A program made the position numbers and the translations under genes. A DNA stretch of 64,000 bases from Mustelus asterias (Eukaryota): positions 248,001 through 312,000 of the forward strand of contig NW_027590175.1 of the NCBI RefSeq assembly GCF_964213995.1, in the 5' to 3' direction. A model generated the notes under the pieces. The model did not search any database and was not told where the DNA came from. It saw only the letters and a program-made list of their open reading frames with translations. Below are positions 25,039 through 37,600 of the stretch, in pieces (within the stretch, counting starts at the first letter, position 1; each line of letters begins with the position of its first letter).

Positions 25039-25430
25039 TCATTGACATGAACTAACGGGGTCCACCAGTACAGGAGAAATGTTCACAAAACTGGGTTTAC
25101 CGCTGGATTTGTCAACTGTTTTGTTGATGATCTTCAAGGGGAGTGCTTCATGTCCCACCACGCAGGAGTAAGAAGTGCCGCTGGCCCACTCCTTCGCTGC
25201 AATGGATAACAGGCTGTACATGAAGAAGGAGCCATTCCCGTTCTCCGCCACCACCTCAGTGTTCCTGTAGTTCCCGGGATTCACGGGCTTGTCATTGACG
25301 GTCCACTTGACGAAGACCTCTCGCGGTGAGAAATCTCTCACTAAGCAGCTGAGGGAGACGAATTTCTGAGCGGATATTTGTTCTGCCGAGGGCAGGAGGA
25401 CAGAGACGGACGGTTCCCGCGGATTTGGAT
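25039..25430 (-). CDS. IGHM: IgM CH4 exon plus secretory tailpiece
   Basis: TTTTCTGCAG|AT; C1-set domain ([22 protein letters not shown]); tail [20 protein letters not shown]; internal donor G|GTAAA at 25101/25100 for the membrane form; AATAAA at 25002-24997. Confidence 0.97.
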
Positions 25431-25906
25431 CTGCAGAAAATTGCAATAAATGTCAATAAACTGGAGAACTCTGCAAACAATGAAACCACTGGTTAGATAT
25501 CAGAAAATTATGCTTTGCTTTCGAATTTAAATGTTTCCATTTTTGACTTCCAGCTTCGAGGAGAGGGGAACACAATCGCTTTCTCAAATAACTCGGGGCT
25601 AGACTGGAAAGTTTCAGAAAGATTACAACGCAGAAACAGGCTATTCGGCCCAACTGTTCTGCGTTGGGTTTTGTGTACCACACCAGACTACTCCCTACTT
25701 ATTCGATCATAAACCAATACCATTCTCTTCAGATCACTGTTCATTCATCAACATCCCACGCAAAAATATCTACAGGCCCAGAGCATTTAGTTAGCAGAGT
25801 TACCACTCAGAGGAGTGGTAATGCACTGAATACTAAGTATTGAACATTACACTTACACTGGAAATAGACACAGTGACGCATTTATTGCTTCAATCTCTCA
25901 GCTCAC

Positions 25907-26215
25907 CTCTTTCCTTGTGGATGGATTTTCTTAAAGGAGTCGGCAGATCCTGATGGCTCACCATGCAGTCAAACACAGCCCCACTCAGCCAGGCTTGTGT
26001 CGAGATGTTTAAGTTGCTGACCACGCTGTCAGGATCCTCTTCATGCTTTTCTGCAATCTCTGATTTCAAATAATTCCTGTCTCGGATCCAGGACACGTTG
26101 ACTCCGGAAGGAGAATTGAAAATGATACAGGTTAAGGTCACGGTCGCCTCGAGTAAGACTTGTTCTATTGGTGGTGGTTGTATTGTCACTGTGGAATCCG
26201 GGCACTGGGAAGGAC
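25907..26215 (-). CDS. IGHM: IgM CH3 exon
   Basis: CACAG|[36 protein letters not shown]|GTGAG; 309 bp, phase 1/1. Confidence 0.95.
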
Positions 26216-27105
26216 CTGTGAATGAAAAATGAAAATCAACTCGAGTTCTCCTTCAGAAGCAGGACAGCAGTATTCAGCCTAAAGGAGACGAATCGCCTTC
26301 GAGTTATCAAACTCTAACTATCGCCTTTCAACTTCTATGGTGAATGGAAAACCAGGTTGCTCTGTGAAATTATTCTCTTTATTAAAGTATTGTAGCAGCG
26401 GGATCATTCTCATGAATCAGCATTGCAGCATTCCCACACAAATAGACCATCCTGAACTCAGGAAAAATTAATGGCCGTTGGTTTATAAATAGGGTGGATG
26501 CACTTTCCAACATTTTACCCCTACGCTGTGACCTGTGAAACAGTCCGACACCTACTTTTCTCCAAATTTTACCAGCTGTGTCAGGAGAAGCTGACATCAA
26601 GTCCGCCTCGGTCACTATATTACTTCAAATTAGAAGGGCGCATTGTTTCAAGGAGAGGCAGTGGCATGGTGGTGTTATCAATGGGTTTGTAACCTAGGGC
26701 AAAAGTCTGGGGTCATAGATTCGAATCTCACCACCACAAATGGTCAAATTTGATTTGATTAAAAAACGATATTTAAAAGTCTAACGATCATTATGAAGCC
26801 ATTGCTGTAAATGGTTCACGAATGCCCTTTTAAAATGTAAATCTGCTGTCTTTATCTTGCTCTGGCATGCATGTGACTCCAGATCCACAGCAACGTCGTC
26901 GACTCTTAAGTGCTCTCAGGGATGGGCCATGGAGAACATCTCATGACAGAATAAAAATAATTGCTGATGTGATGAAATTCTGAATGAGGCGCTATCCGAC
27001 TGCAGCAAACTACATGACAGCTCTATGCTTCGCACGAACTTCAATAAATCTCTAATTCCGATTACCAGATGAATGATTTGTTTCCCCTCGGTTTGCATCC
27101 CTTAC

Positions 27106-27411
27106 CCAGAGATCCGGTGATGTTCTGACTCTGAGTGAGTCCTTGATGAGTGACCTGGCAGGTATAGACCGTTTTGCTGGACCATTCCCCAGCGGAGACT
27201 GTCAGCCGACTGCTCGCCGAGAAGTTTCCGTTCACTTCACAGGCAGGAGAGGTGACAATTCCTGTATCCACGGGTTGCCCATTCTTCAGCCACTCCACCG
27301 TCATTGACTTTGGCTGGAAATCGATGATTGAACAGACGATGGTTGCAAATTTCCTGCTTGTGATTTCTTCACTGGAACTCACGGTGAGGATAACGGTTGG
27401 GGGGATGTCGC
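27106..27411 (-). CDS. IGHM: IgM CH2 exon (5' boundary inferred)
   Basis: [38 protein letters not shown]|GTAAG; best phase-1 acceptor is TTGTTGAAG at 27412. Confidence 0.9.
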
Positions 27412-27489
27412 CTTCAACAAACACACGTTTAGACGTTACTTGAAGGTTCAACTGACAACAAATAAAATTATAACTTTTATTTTAGCACC

Positions 27490-28260
27490 GGAGCTGCCAA
27501 TTTGGGAATTATATCCATGGTTTGGTTGAATTGGTAGGGAAATAGCGAATGGAATTCAACCGTCAAAAGTGCCACGCAATGAATTTGGGAGGGCAAACAA
27601 AGCAAGGGAATAGTCGATAAAATGGAAGATTTTGAGGGATTGAGGAAATGCAAGACCTTAGAGTGCATGTCCACAGGTCCTTGTAGATGGGAGGGCAACT
27701 GGAAAAGTTGATCAAGAAAGCATATCGGATTAGTTCCTCTATTATGTGAGATATTGAATGCAAAAACAGTGATGCAATGATGGAGCTGTATAAAACGCTA
27801 GTTAGGCTACGTTTGGAGTTTGCTGTTCAGTTCTGGTCACCACGTTGCAGGAATGACGTTATGGCTCTAGAGAGAGATGACGCTGACAAGAATGTTGCCA
27901 GGGACTGAAAATTCCCGCCATGAGGCGAGATTGGATAGGCAGGGGTTTTTCTCCTTAGAAAAAGAGGAGGCTGAGGCGTGACATAATTGTGGTTCACAAA
28001 ATTAGAAGGGACGTAGGCAGAAATAATTCATTCCCCAAGTCGAGGGCTCAATTACCAGGGAGCATGGTCATTTAAAAGGTCATTACGTCTGCATCTCAGG
28101 TGCTTTAACCTGCACGGCTACGGCGCAAGGGCTGGAAAATGGGCTCCAAATGTCTGGCTAGTTTATTTGTTCTCCCTTTTGGCCAGCACAGACATGATGG
28201 GCTCAATGGCCTCATTCTGCACAGTAATAGTCCTGTTGTTCTTTGGTTCTGAACAACTTT
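27490..28260 (+). mobile_element. Degenerate CR1 LINE in the CH1-CH2 intron
   Basis: LYKTLVRL.LE..VQFWSP-like sequence and CR1-type 3' end. Confidence 0.75.
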
Positions 28261-28391
28261 TCAGTCAGTAGACACTTACTTGGATTTTGAATAATTCAAT
28301 TTTTTTCAGAATGCTACAGATCAGTTATAACTAAAGCCTTATACAGTTCAATCACAGCGTTCCTGTCTTGCCCAAGTTCCACAACACTTAC

Positions 28392-28691
28392 ATTGCATTC
28401 CAATGCTCTTGACGGAGTCGCTGTGTCGAACCTCACAGTCGATTTTGCTGCACTCTCCCTCTGACTGGGTGATGGTTAACTGGCTGCTCAGGGTATAGGT
28501 TCCCTTCGCGTTTCTCACTGATGGATAAGTCTTAAATCCAGTGGCGATCAGCTGCCCATTTTTCTTCCAGGTCAGTTTGGAGACATCTGGAGAGTAGTCC
28601 ATCGCCAAACAGCCGTAGGTGATGGAGCCAGCGGAGTTGTGTTGCTGACAGGAAGAGACGAGGCTGTAGAGAGTGGGCGGAGACGGTGTCG
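28392..28691 (-). CDS. IGHM: IgM CH1 exon
   Basis: TTTCCCAG|[51 protein letters not shown]|GTAAGT; 300 bp, open. Confidence 0.96.
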
Positions 28692-29654
28692 CTGGGAAAG
28701 AATAGTCGATTCAACAAGTTAGACTATTACCTGCGTTTATTAATTAGTCAAACATATTTATACAAGTATGTTTCTATATTAGGTATAACTCTTGGGGCTA
28801 AAGGGATCAGTGGATATGGGTAGTAGGCGGAGTCAGGATATTGATGAGCCGTGATCAAAGTGAATGGTAGAGCAGGGTCAAAGGGCCGAAGAGCCTCCTC
28901 TTGCTTCTATTTTCTATGTTTGAACGTCACAATTTGACTAGAATTATGAACTTAAGTTAATATTTCCCGATTAAAACCTACGCACACCTTTGAGCTTCTG
29001 TTACTCCTATCATTTGGGAATCGCCATCTTTGGAGAAACTCACATCACTGTCTCCACCTCTATCAGATTGGAAAGAGAAAAAACATTTTGATGTCATCGT
29101 AATGACATACCATTCACTGGATTAACAGAGAAGTGTAAAGAGTTTCTCCATTACTTCAGGCACTACCTATTTCTCAAACAACAGAAGTTGTCTCTTCATT
29201 CATATCAGCCACTCGCCTGATGAAAGAGCTCCAAAAGCTCACGATTGCAAATAAGCCTGTTGGAGTTCAACCTGGTGTTGTCAGACTCCTTACTGTGCCC
29301 ACCCCAACCTAGCGTCGGCATATCCACATTGTAGTTTTGGACATTGCCTGTGTTCAAACTAACTGATGCCCCTTCCTCTCTCCAACTCACTGCCCCTCAC
29401 TCCACAAAACGAAGATTGGTGACTTTGCTTCAAAACTACCTTCGGAATGAATACTTACTGAATGACCAGGAAACTCTCAATGTGATTACAAATTCAAATA
29501 ATTGCAACATTGACGAATTGAAGGGTCATACATTAATAGCAAGAGTTGGCCATTCGGGCCCTGAAGTCTCCTCCATTATTCACTGAGATTACAGATGATC
29601 TGGTTGTGGTGCTAGGTCTATTTTGCACATCCTCACTCCGCCCGTCGATCACCC

Positions 29655-30200
29655 GCTCTCTGCCCATTTTCCCCGACTCTCTGCGCTTTCCTCTGGCTCT
29701 CTGCTATTCCCTCTAGCTCTTTTCCCCTTTCACCCGGCTCTCCGCACTTCCACCTGGCTCTCTACACTTCCCTCCAACTCTGTCCCCTCTCCCCCGGCTC
29801 CCTGCCCTTTCCCTCAGCTCCCTACCCTTTCCTCTGGCTCTCTGCCCTTTCCCCCTGACTCCCTGCCTTTCCCCTTGACTCTCTGCCCTTTCCTCTGGGC
29901 TCTCTGTCCTTTCCCCGGCCTCCATGCCCTTTATCCTGGCTCTCTCCTCTTTCCCTGGTCTCTCTGTCCTTTCTCCTGGTTCTCTGCCCTTTCACCTGAC
30001 TCCCTGCCCTTTCTATTAGCTCTCTGCCCTTTCTTCTGGCTCTCTGCACTTTCTCCTGACTCTCTGCCCTTTCCCGGCTCTCAGCCTTGTTGCCCGGCTG
30101 TGGGCCCATTCCCCAGGCTCTCTGCCCTTCCCCCCCGGCTCTCTGCCCTTTAGCACGCCTCCTGTTCTCCCTGGCTCTTTGCCATTGTCCTTGGCCCTGA
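29655..30200. repeat. Pyrimidine/purine-asymmetric minisatellite, about 20-bp unit (GGCTCTCTGCCCTTTCC..)
   Basis: Roughly 25 degenerate copies read directly. Confidence 0.9.
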
Positions 30201-30319
30201 GCCCCCAGGGATTCCCCCCAGCTCTCCACATTCGCAGGGCAGCTCCCACATTTGAACACCAAACTGCCGCTTGAGATCTTTCTTCTCTCTCGTTGCAGAC
30301 CTCAACACACAGATTTAGC

Positions 30320-31832
30320 GAGTGTGAGTGAGAGAATGTGAGTGCGTGAGGGTGAGTGATTGAAGGAGTGAGAGTGGATGAGTGATGGTGTGTGAGTGAC
30401 GGAAGGTGGGTAAGTGAGGGTGAGTGAGTGAAGTTCTTTCAGTGAGGATGAGTGATTGAGGGTGAGTGAGTGAGTGTGGGTGAGGGTGAGAGAGCGTGAG
30501 TAAACGAGGGTGTGTGAGAGAGGGTGGGTGAGTGAAGGTGGCTGAATGTGTGAGTGAAGGTGGGTGAGTGAGTGTCGGTAAGAGAGAATGAATGAGGGTG
30601 AGTGAGTGAGGATGCGTGAAGGTTAGTGAAGGTGGGTGAGTGAGAGCGAGTGAATGAGGGTGAGGAGTGAATGTGACTTAGTAAGTGAGGGTGAGAGAGT
30701 GAGTGAGTCAGGGTGTGTTATTGAGGGTGGTGTGTGAGAGTGTGTGAGGGAGAATGAATGCGGATGGGTGGATGAGTGAAGGTGAGTGAGTAAAGGTGTT
30801 TGACTGAGGATGAGTGATTGAGGATCTGTGAGTTAGGGTGGGTGAACGTGAGTGACGGTGAATATGTGAGGGTGTGTGAGTGAATGTAGGTGCGTGAGTC
30901 TCAGTGAGTTTGAATGGGTCAGGTGGCGTACGTGAGAGAGAGAGGGTAATTGAGCTTGAGTGTGTGGGGGTGCGTCTGGGTGAGTGAGGGAGGGTAAGTG
31001 CGGTGAGTGAGTGAGGGTGAGTGAGAGAGATTGAGACTGGATGAGTGAGGGAGGGTAAGTGTGGTGAGTGAGTGAGAGTGATTGAGACTGGATGAGTGAA
31101 GGTGGGTAAGTGGGGTGAGTGAGGGTGAGTGAGAGTGAGTGAGACTGGATAAGTGAGGGTGGATAAGTGGGCTGAGTGAGTGAGACTGGGTGAGTGAGGG
31201 TGGGTTAGTGGGATGAGTGAACGAAGGTGACTATGAGTGTTGGTGAGTGACTGAGGCTCTGAGTGAGTGACTGAGGGTTAGTGAGTGAGGTTGAGTGAGT
31301 GATAGCGTGTGAGTGTGGGTGACTGAGTGACAGTGAGTGAATGAGGATGAGTGAGTGAGGGTGCGCGAGGGCGAGTGAGTCTGAGTGAGTGAGTGAGTGC
31401 TGGTGAGTGAATGAGGGTGTGAATGTGAGTGAATGAGGGTGAGTGAGTGAGGATGGGTGAGAGTGAGAGAGCAAATGTGTGTGAGTGATTTTGAGTGAGT
31501 GAGGGTGTGAGGGTGTGAGGTTGAGTGACTCAGGGTGAATGAGGATCAATGAGTTTCTGAGGTTGAGTGCGTGAGATTGAGTGTGTGAAGTTAAGTGTAT
31601 GAGATTGAGTGCATGAAATTGAATGTGTGAGGGTGGATGAGTGAGCAAGGGTGAGTGAGTTGGGATGAGTGAGTTGGGATGAGTGAGTTGGGATTTGTGA
31701 GTGGGGATGAGTGAGCGAGAGTGTGTCAGCGAGGGAAGGTGGGTAAGTGAGGGTGAGTGAGTCAAGTTCTTTGAGTGCAGATGAAACATTGAGGGTGAGT
31801 GAGTAAATGTGGTTGAGGGTGAGAGAGTCAGT
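30320..31832. repeat. (GTGA/GAGG)n low-complexity array
   Basis: About 1.5 kb of GTGAGTGA/GAGGGTGA variants. Confidence 0.95.
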
Positions 31833-32459
31833 GGGCCACCTCCACCTCTTCCTCTCCATCGATCTTTTCCCGATTCTCCACATTGATCAGCTTTCTGTAA
31901 CAGGGATGTGTAAACCACCGGGCAGCTGCTTTAATGTCGGTGTCTTTCTTCAAGAAACACGTACCAGTGAACATATAGTCAGACTGAGGGAGCTGTAGGG
32001 AAGCTGACAGCAAAACTAGGATGCGTCGCACAGGAATCAAACACCAAGTTTACACCAGTATTGGGGAGCCAGGCGGCCTTGGTCTCAGCCAATTCCCTTC
32101 TTATTTTTTGGGTGTTTTTGTCCGGTGTAACACATGGAAATTCCAACTTCTGACCTCATGTTGGAGGGTATTGTCACTGTTGAAGCAGTAGAATATTGTT
32201 GGTCCCAGAACAGTCCCCTGCCGAAATCCTGCAGTGAAATCTGAACTTAGATGTTTGACCTCCAACCACCAATACCATGTTGCTTTGTGCTAAGTATGAC
32301 TCCAAACAGAGAAGAATTTCCCGCCGATTCTTATTGACTAGTTTTACTCGGGCCCCTTGATCCCACCCTCATTCAAATGCTACCGGGGTGGGGGGGGGGG
32401 GGGGTAGGGGGGGGGGGCTATCGGGGTGGGGGGGTATCGGGTGGGGGGGGGGCGGTGGC

Positions 32460-32770
32460 GGTGGCACGGTGGCACAGTTATTAGCGCTGCTGCCTTAGAG
32501 TTGGATTCCCGACTTGGGTCACTGTCTGTGTGGAGTTTGCAAGTTCCCCCCGTGTCTGTTTGGGTTTCCTTAGGGTGCTCCTGTTTCCTCCCACAGTCCA
32601 AAGATGTGCGGGTTCGGTGGATTGGCCGTGCTAAATTGCCCCTTAGTGTCAGGGGGACTAGTTAGGGTAAATACATGTGGTTATGGGGATAGGGCTTTGG
32701 TGGGATTGCTGTTGGTGCAGACTCGATGGGCTGAATGGCCTCCTTCTGCACTGTAGCATCCTATGATTCT
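32460..32770 (+). mobile_element. tRNA-derived shark SINE preceded by a poly-G tract (32385-32460)
   Basis: GGCACGGTGGCACAG head, GGTCACTGTCTGTGTGGAGTTTGC core. Confidence 0.8.
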
Positions 32771-32799
32771 ACTCCATGGTGTCAAGGACAGACACTCTG

Positions 32800-33036
32800 N
32801 NNNNNNNNNNNNNNNNNNNNNNNNNNNNNNNNNNNNNNNNNNNNNNNNNNNNNNNNNNNNNNNNNNNNNNNNNNNNNNNNNNNNNNNNNNNNNNNNNNNN
32901 NNNNNNNNNNNNNNNNNNNNNNNNNNNNNNNNNNNNNNNNNNNNNNNNNNNNNNNNNNNNNNNNNNNNNNNNNNNNNNNNNNNNNNNNNNNNNNNNNNNN
33001 NNNNNNNNNNNNNNNNNNNNNNNNNNNNNNNNNNNN
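32800..33036. other. Assembly gap
   Basis: Run of N. Confidence 1.
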
Positions 33037-33526
33037 TGATAGAATGCGTTTGCACGTGGGTGAGACAGTGGGCTGTGCGTGCAAGAGGAGAGAGTGTGCG
33101 TGAGGGAAAGGATATGTGAGATAATGTGTGTGTGAGAGACAGAATGTGTGTTTGAAGAATTATTCTTTGTGTGTGACAGTGTGTCTCTTCTTGAAAATGT
33201 ATGTGTGGAGGGGCGGGGAGAGTGTGTGTGGGGAGTCTGTGTGAAAGAGTACTTCTGTGTGTGAGTGTGTGTATGTTGATGTGAAAGGGAGTGTGTCTAT
33301 TTGAGATACACGATGTCTGTGAAAGAGAGTGTGTGTGCCTGAGAGGGAGGTTATGTGTGTGGGAGAGTGTTGTGTTCATGTGAAAGACAGTGTGTGTGAG
33401 AGGGAGTGCCTATTGGAAAGCAAAATAATATGTTCATCAGTGTGTGAAACTGTGCATGGGATGGCGTGTGAGTGCGAAAGATGTGTACAATGTGTGTGGG
33501 AGATAGAAGCAATGTGGGGTGTTTGA

Positions 33527-33568
<42 letters not shown>

Positions 33569-34610
33569 AGGGGCGGGGAGAGTGTGTGTGAGCGAGAAAA
33601 AGTGTGAAACTTAGACAGAATGGATGCGTGAGTGTGTGTGAGAAATGACTGTTGAGAGAACATGTGTCTGTGATAGGTGGAGTGTTTAAAGAGAGATACA
33701 TTGGATATACATGTGTGTTCGTGTGTAAGAGAAGGAGAGACTGTGTGCGAGATTGTGTGCGTGTGAAAGGGAGGGTGTTTGTGAGAGACAGTGTTTGAGA
33801 GCAAGATTGTGCGTGTGTGAGATAATGTGTAACGGATTGAGCGTGTGAAAGAGGGAGAAATATGTACCTGTGTGAGAGAATGCGTGTGCAAGTGTCCGTA
33901 TGAGAGAGAGAGAGCATGGGAATGTGTGTGAGATTAAGTGAGAGTGTACGGAAGAGGGAATGTGAGAGGCATAGTGCATGTGTGTGTGTGAGAGAGAGAA
34001 TGTGTGCGCGAGACTGTGCTTGTGTGAGAGACTGTGTCTGTGTGTAAGAGTGTGTGTTAGAGTGTGTGCATGTTCTATGTTTGTGAGAGAGTGTTTGTGA
34101 GAGAGCCAGTGTGTGAGAGCAAGAATGTAGAGGTGTGAGATAGTGTGTGCAAGAGAAATAGAAATATGTGCGTGTCTGTGAGCGAGAGAGAGATGCGTGT
34201 GCAAGAGGAATTGTGAGAGAGCGTGTGAAGAAATGTGAGACAGCTTGAGCATGTGTGACAGAGAGTGGGGGAGAGAGTGCATGTGAGAGTGCGTGCGCGA
34301 GAGTGTGAGACTGCTTATGTGAGAGTGTGTGTCTGTGTATAAGAGAGAATGCGTGGGTGTGTGGGATGTGATTGCTTTTGTGTATAGGGGTGTGAGAGAT
34401 TGATGGAGAGAGCGAGAGGAAGTATGTATTTGTATTTGAGAGAATGCATGTGTAACGTGAGAGAGAGAGAGAATGTGTATGGGTGTGTGAGAGAGATCGT
34501 ATGAGAGAGAAAGTAAGTGTGAGTATGTATGTGTGTGTGCATGTGTGAGAGTATATGAGAGTGTGTATGTGTGTATTTATGTGTGTGAGAGTGTGTGTGA
34601 CGTGTGAAAG
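33037..34610. repeat. (GT/GA)n low-complexity array
   Basis: TGTGTGAGAGAG-type sequence, with a pure (GT)n run at about 33532-33566. Confidence 0.95.
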
Positions 34611-37600
34611 TCTATATCTAGTTAATTCAGTTTGGAAATGCACCTTCACTCCAGACAAACTCACCCACTCTCACAGTAAATGGGAGTAACAAGTGAGCAC
34701 AATATGGAGCGCGGGGCAAGGGTTGGAAAAACATTTAAATCTTTCACAATCAGTCGCAATTGAATAATTTCCGCTTTTCTCAATGAGCGAAAACTGTAAA
34801 AACTTTTTTAAAAATGACACAATCCAGGGCAAAGCCACCCACAAGATTATGCGCCCCCTCATTCACCCTATTCGCTCTCTCCATCACTGACAAGCAGTGT
34901 CAGCAGTTTGTATTATATACAAGATGCACTGCAGCAACTCACCAAGGCTCCATAGTAAACACTGTCCAAACCCGCTGCCTTTACATCCTAACAGGTCAAG
35001 GGCAGCAGTCACATAAACACGACCACCTGCAAGCTCCCCTCCAAGACACACACCATCCTGACTTGAAACAGTATCTCAGTTCCTTCACAGTAGCTGGGTC
35101 AAAATCCTGGAATTTCCTGCCTAACAGCACGGCGGATGCCTGCAGCATATGGACTGCAGTTATTCAAGAATGCTTCACATCAACACTTTCATCAAGGAAC
35201 AATAAGGGAAGATTAAAAATTCTGGCCGAGCAAATGACTCTAAAATGTCTTTAGAAGATTAAAAATAAGATGCAAAAGAATTTGACCCTTCAACTGTCAT
35301 ACCAAACAGGTCAGGGACTGCTATAGTAAGGAGCACAATATAGTAAATCTCACTTTGCATTTGCTCATCGAACATTCCCAAGGTCGGTACATCAAAGCTT
35401 AAAAATCACCGAAATCTCCCTCTCCAGTCTGACGTTTCTGCTCTGCCTGATGGTCACAATATGCTTTAGGGATCTCATTTCTGAGACTACAAGTCAAACA
35501 TCAAGTCAAACTGTCATGTTTCTCACAGTTACAAGTTTATAAAGAAATAAATCAAATTTCACTCCCTGAAATACAGCAGAAGGAACCAGAAGGTTTGCAA
35601 CCAGCCAGGCAGATTCCTGGTCCCAGCACAGTGACCACGCGCACAGAAACAGAACAGACACAAACGGTGCAACAATCCAGTGCCCAGCAGATAGATCTGT
35701 TCAATCTGTCAATTTCATTCAAACTGTTGGATTCTAATTGATCAATGGTCAACTTACAACAACAGAAAATCAATAACCTATGTTAAATTAAACTGATATT
35801 CATTTCACAACTCCTTTCGACTTTTAATTATTTCTCTGTCTCACTTCTCGAAAACTATGTAAAAATGTAATTTCGCTGAAAATAAGCAATCAAAAATAAC
35901 AGGTTCAGGACAGTTCAATGTCCCTAACAGAGACGCAGTGACACAATAAGAAGTAAACAAATCAAGAAACATTTACATTAAAAATCATTATCTGATTCGA
36001 GTTAATTTCTTAACTAAATTAATGAACAAAATAATCAAGGCAAAACACTTTATCGAGCTGAGCATAGCTGAGTAAAGAAATGTTTTGTTTCTGAATTCAT
36101 TTTCGATACAATTAAATATTCTCAAAACGGATTGTATTTTGCACGCCTGTACAGTATCCAAGTTCTTTTGTTTTAAATTAATCAGCACCAATATTATATT
36201 TTAAGTTATTGTTAATTGCCAGTTAGTTCTCTTATCAGCTGATTTGAACTCTGTAATAAAATGAGTTTTCAATCATTCAAAACGCGCTTCTACCTCCAGC
36301 ATTGTTAAATAATTAGGTTACAATTAAATCTTATACAATGTTAAACAATAGTTTCAAATTACTGAATGGAAACATTCAGAATCTGTCATTCATTTACTTA
36401 AATCCAATCACATTGTAATATTTTACTTTTCCACTTTTACTACAAATGTCGTTTTATAACCTAGAAACGTGTTAAAAATGCATACTTCTGAATTTGTATA
36501 GGCTGTAACGGCCTGGCAGTTTGAAATCAATAATAATGCATTCTAGATTTATAAAGTTAGACCATCCATATAACTTAATTACTGAACACATTGTTTAATT
36601 AAAGAAAATCTGAATTAAACAGTGCAAACACAAAGAGGACAATTGATTCAAATCCTCTAAAGCACGATGCAGAATATAAGTCCAGACTTTTTCTTCATTA
36701 TAATATTTAACAAGTATTAAACATAAGGTTCAGATATAATCAATTCTTCTATTCTGTCATTTATTCTTCCCATAATTCTATCCTGAGTTCAGCAGTAATG
36801 GGAGACATGATGTTATTATTAAGTGCAGAGCTAATATTATTTTTATAATATCAGAATATTTTTATATAAATTAATCTTTTTGAATTTCAAGCATTAACTT
36901 ATCCATCTCTAGCCAGTTTGTGTTGACACTTTACTACAATTCAAACACAATCATATGAAAAATTGCTCGAGTGTCAGCGAATTTCACCTGTCAGAAAACT
37001 CTGTTCGCTCTGTCAAGTTTATACAAACTCTTTGATTCTAATTGATCAAAGGTCAAATTACAATAACAAAAAAAATCAATACATATTTTAAATTAACCTG
37101 ATGTTCATTTCAAAACTCCCTTCGCCTTTTAACTATCTCTCCCTGTCTGTCTCAAATCCCGAAAACTGGGCAAAAATGTATTTTTTCTGAAAATGAGCAC
37201 ATCAAATATAAAAGATTCAGGGTAGTGTAATGTCCCTAACAGAGATACGGTGACACAGTAAGAATTGTAATTCATGATTTATTTTAATCTGTAAGCATCA
37301 GTTAACATGAATAAAAGTCCTAACATCTAATTATTTTATTTTTCCGAAACCTGTTTACTTTACCCCTACAAGAATTTTCAAACGCAGTTTTATTTTCATT
37401 TAGCCAGAAAACGTGTAACCGTTCAGTATCACTGAGTTGAACCAATACAGAAACAATTGAGAAACACCAAACCATTTCACAAATTTTGAGATGAGATTAG
37501 TAATTAATTATCTCGGTATCCAATTACAAATTACTTGGAAGGAATAATCTTGTTGCGATTGCGCAGAAAAAAAATGTAGTATTCGGATACAAAAATAGCC

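Noticed and set aside
25039-28691. Assignment as IgW or IgNAR
   Set aside because: Four C exons, mu-type CH1 with L-chain Cys, mu-type tailpiece and a conventional VH with full FR2 fit IgM.
33351-34664. 437-aa His/Thr/Leu/Ser-rich ORF (and similar ORFs at 31205-31918 and 29623-30153)
   Set aside because: Translations of simple repeats that lack stop codons on one strand; no domain or splice support.
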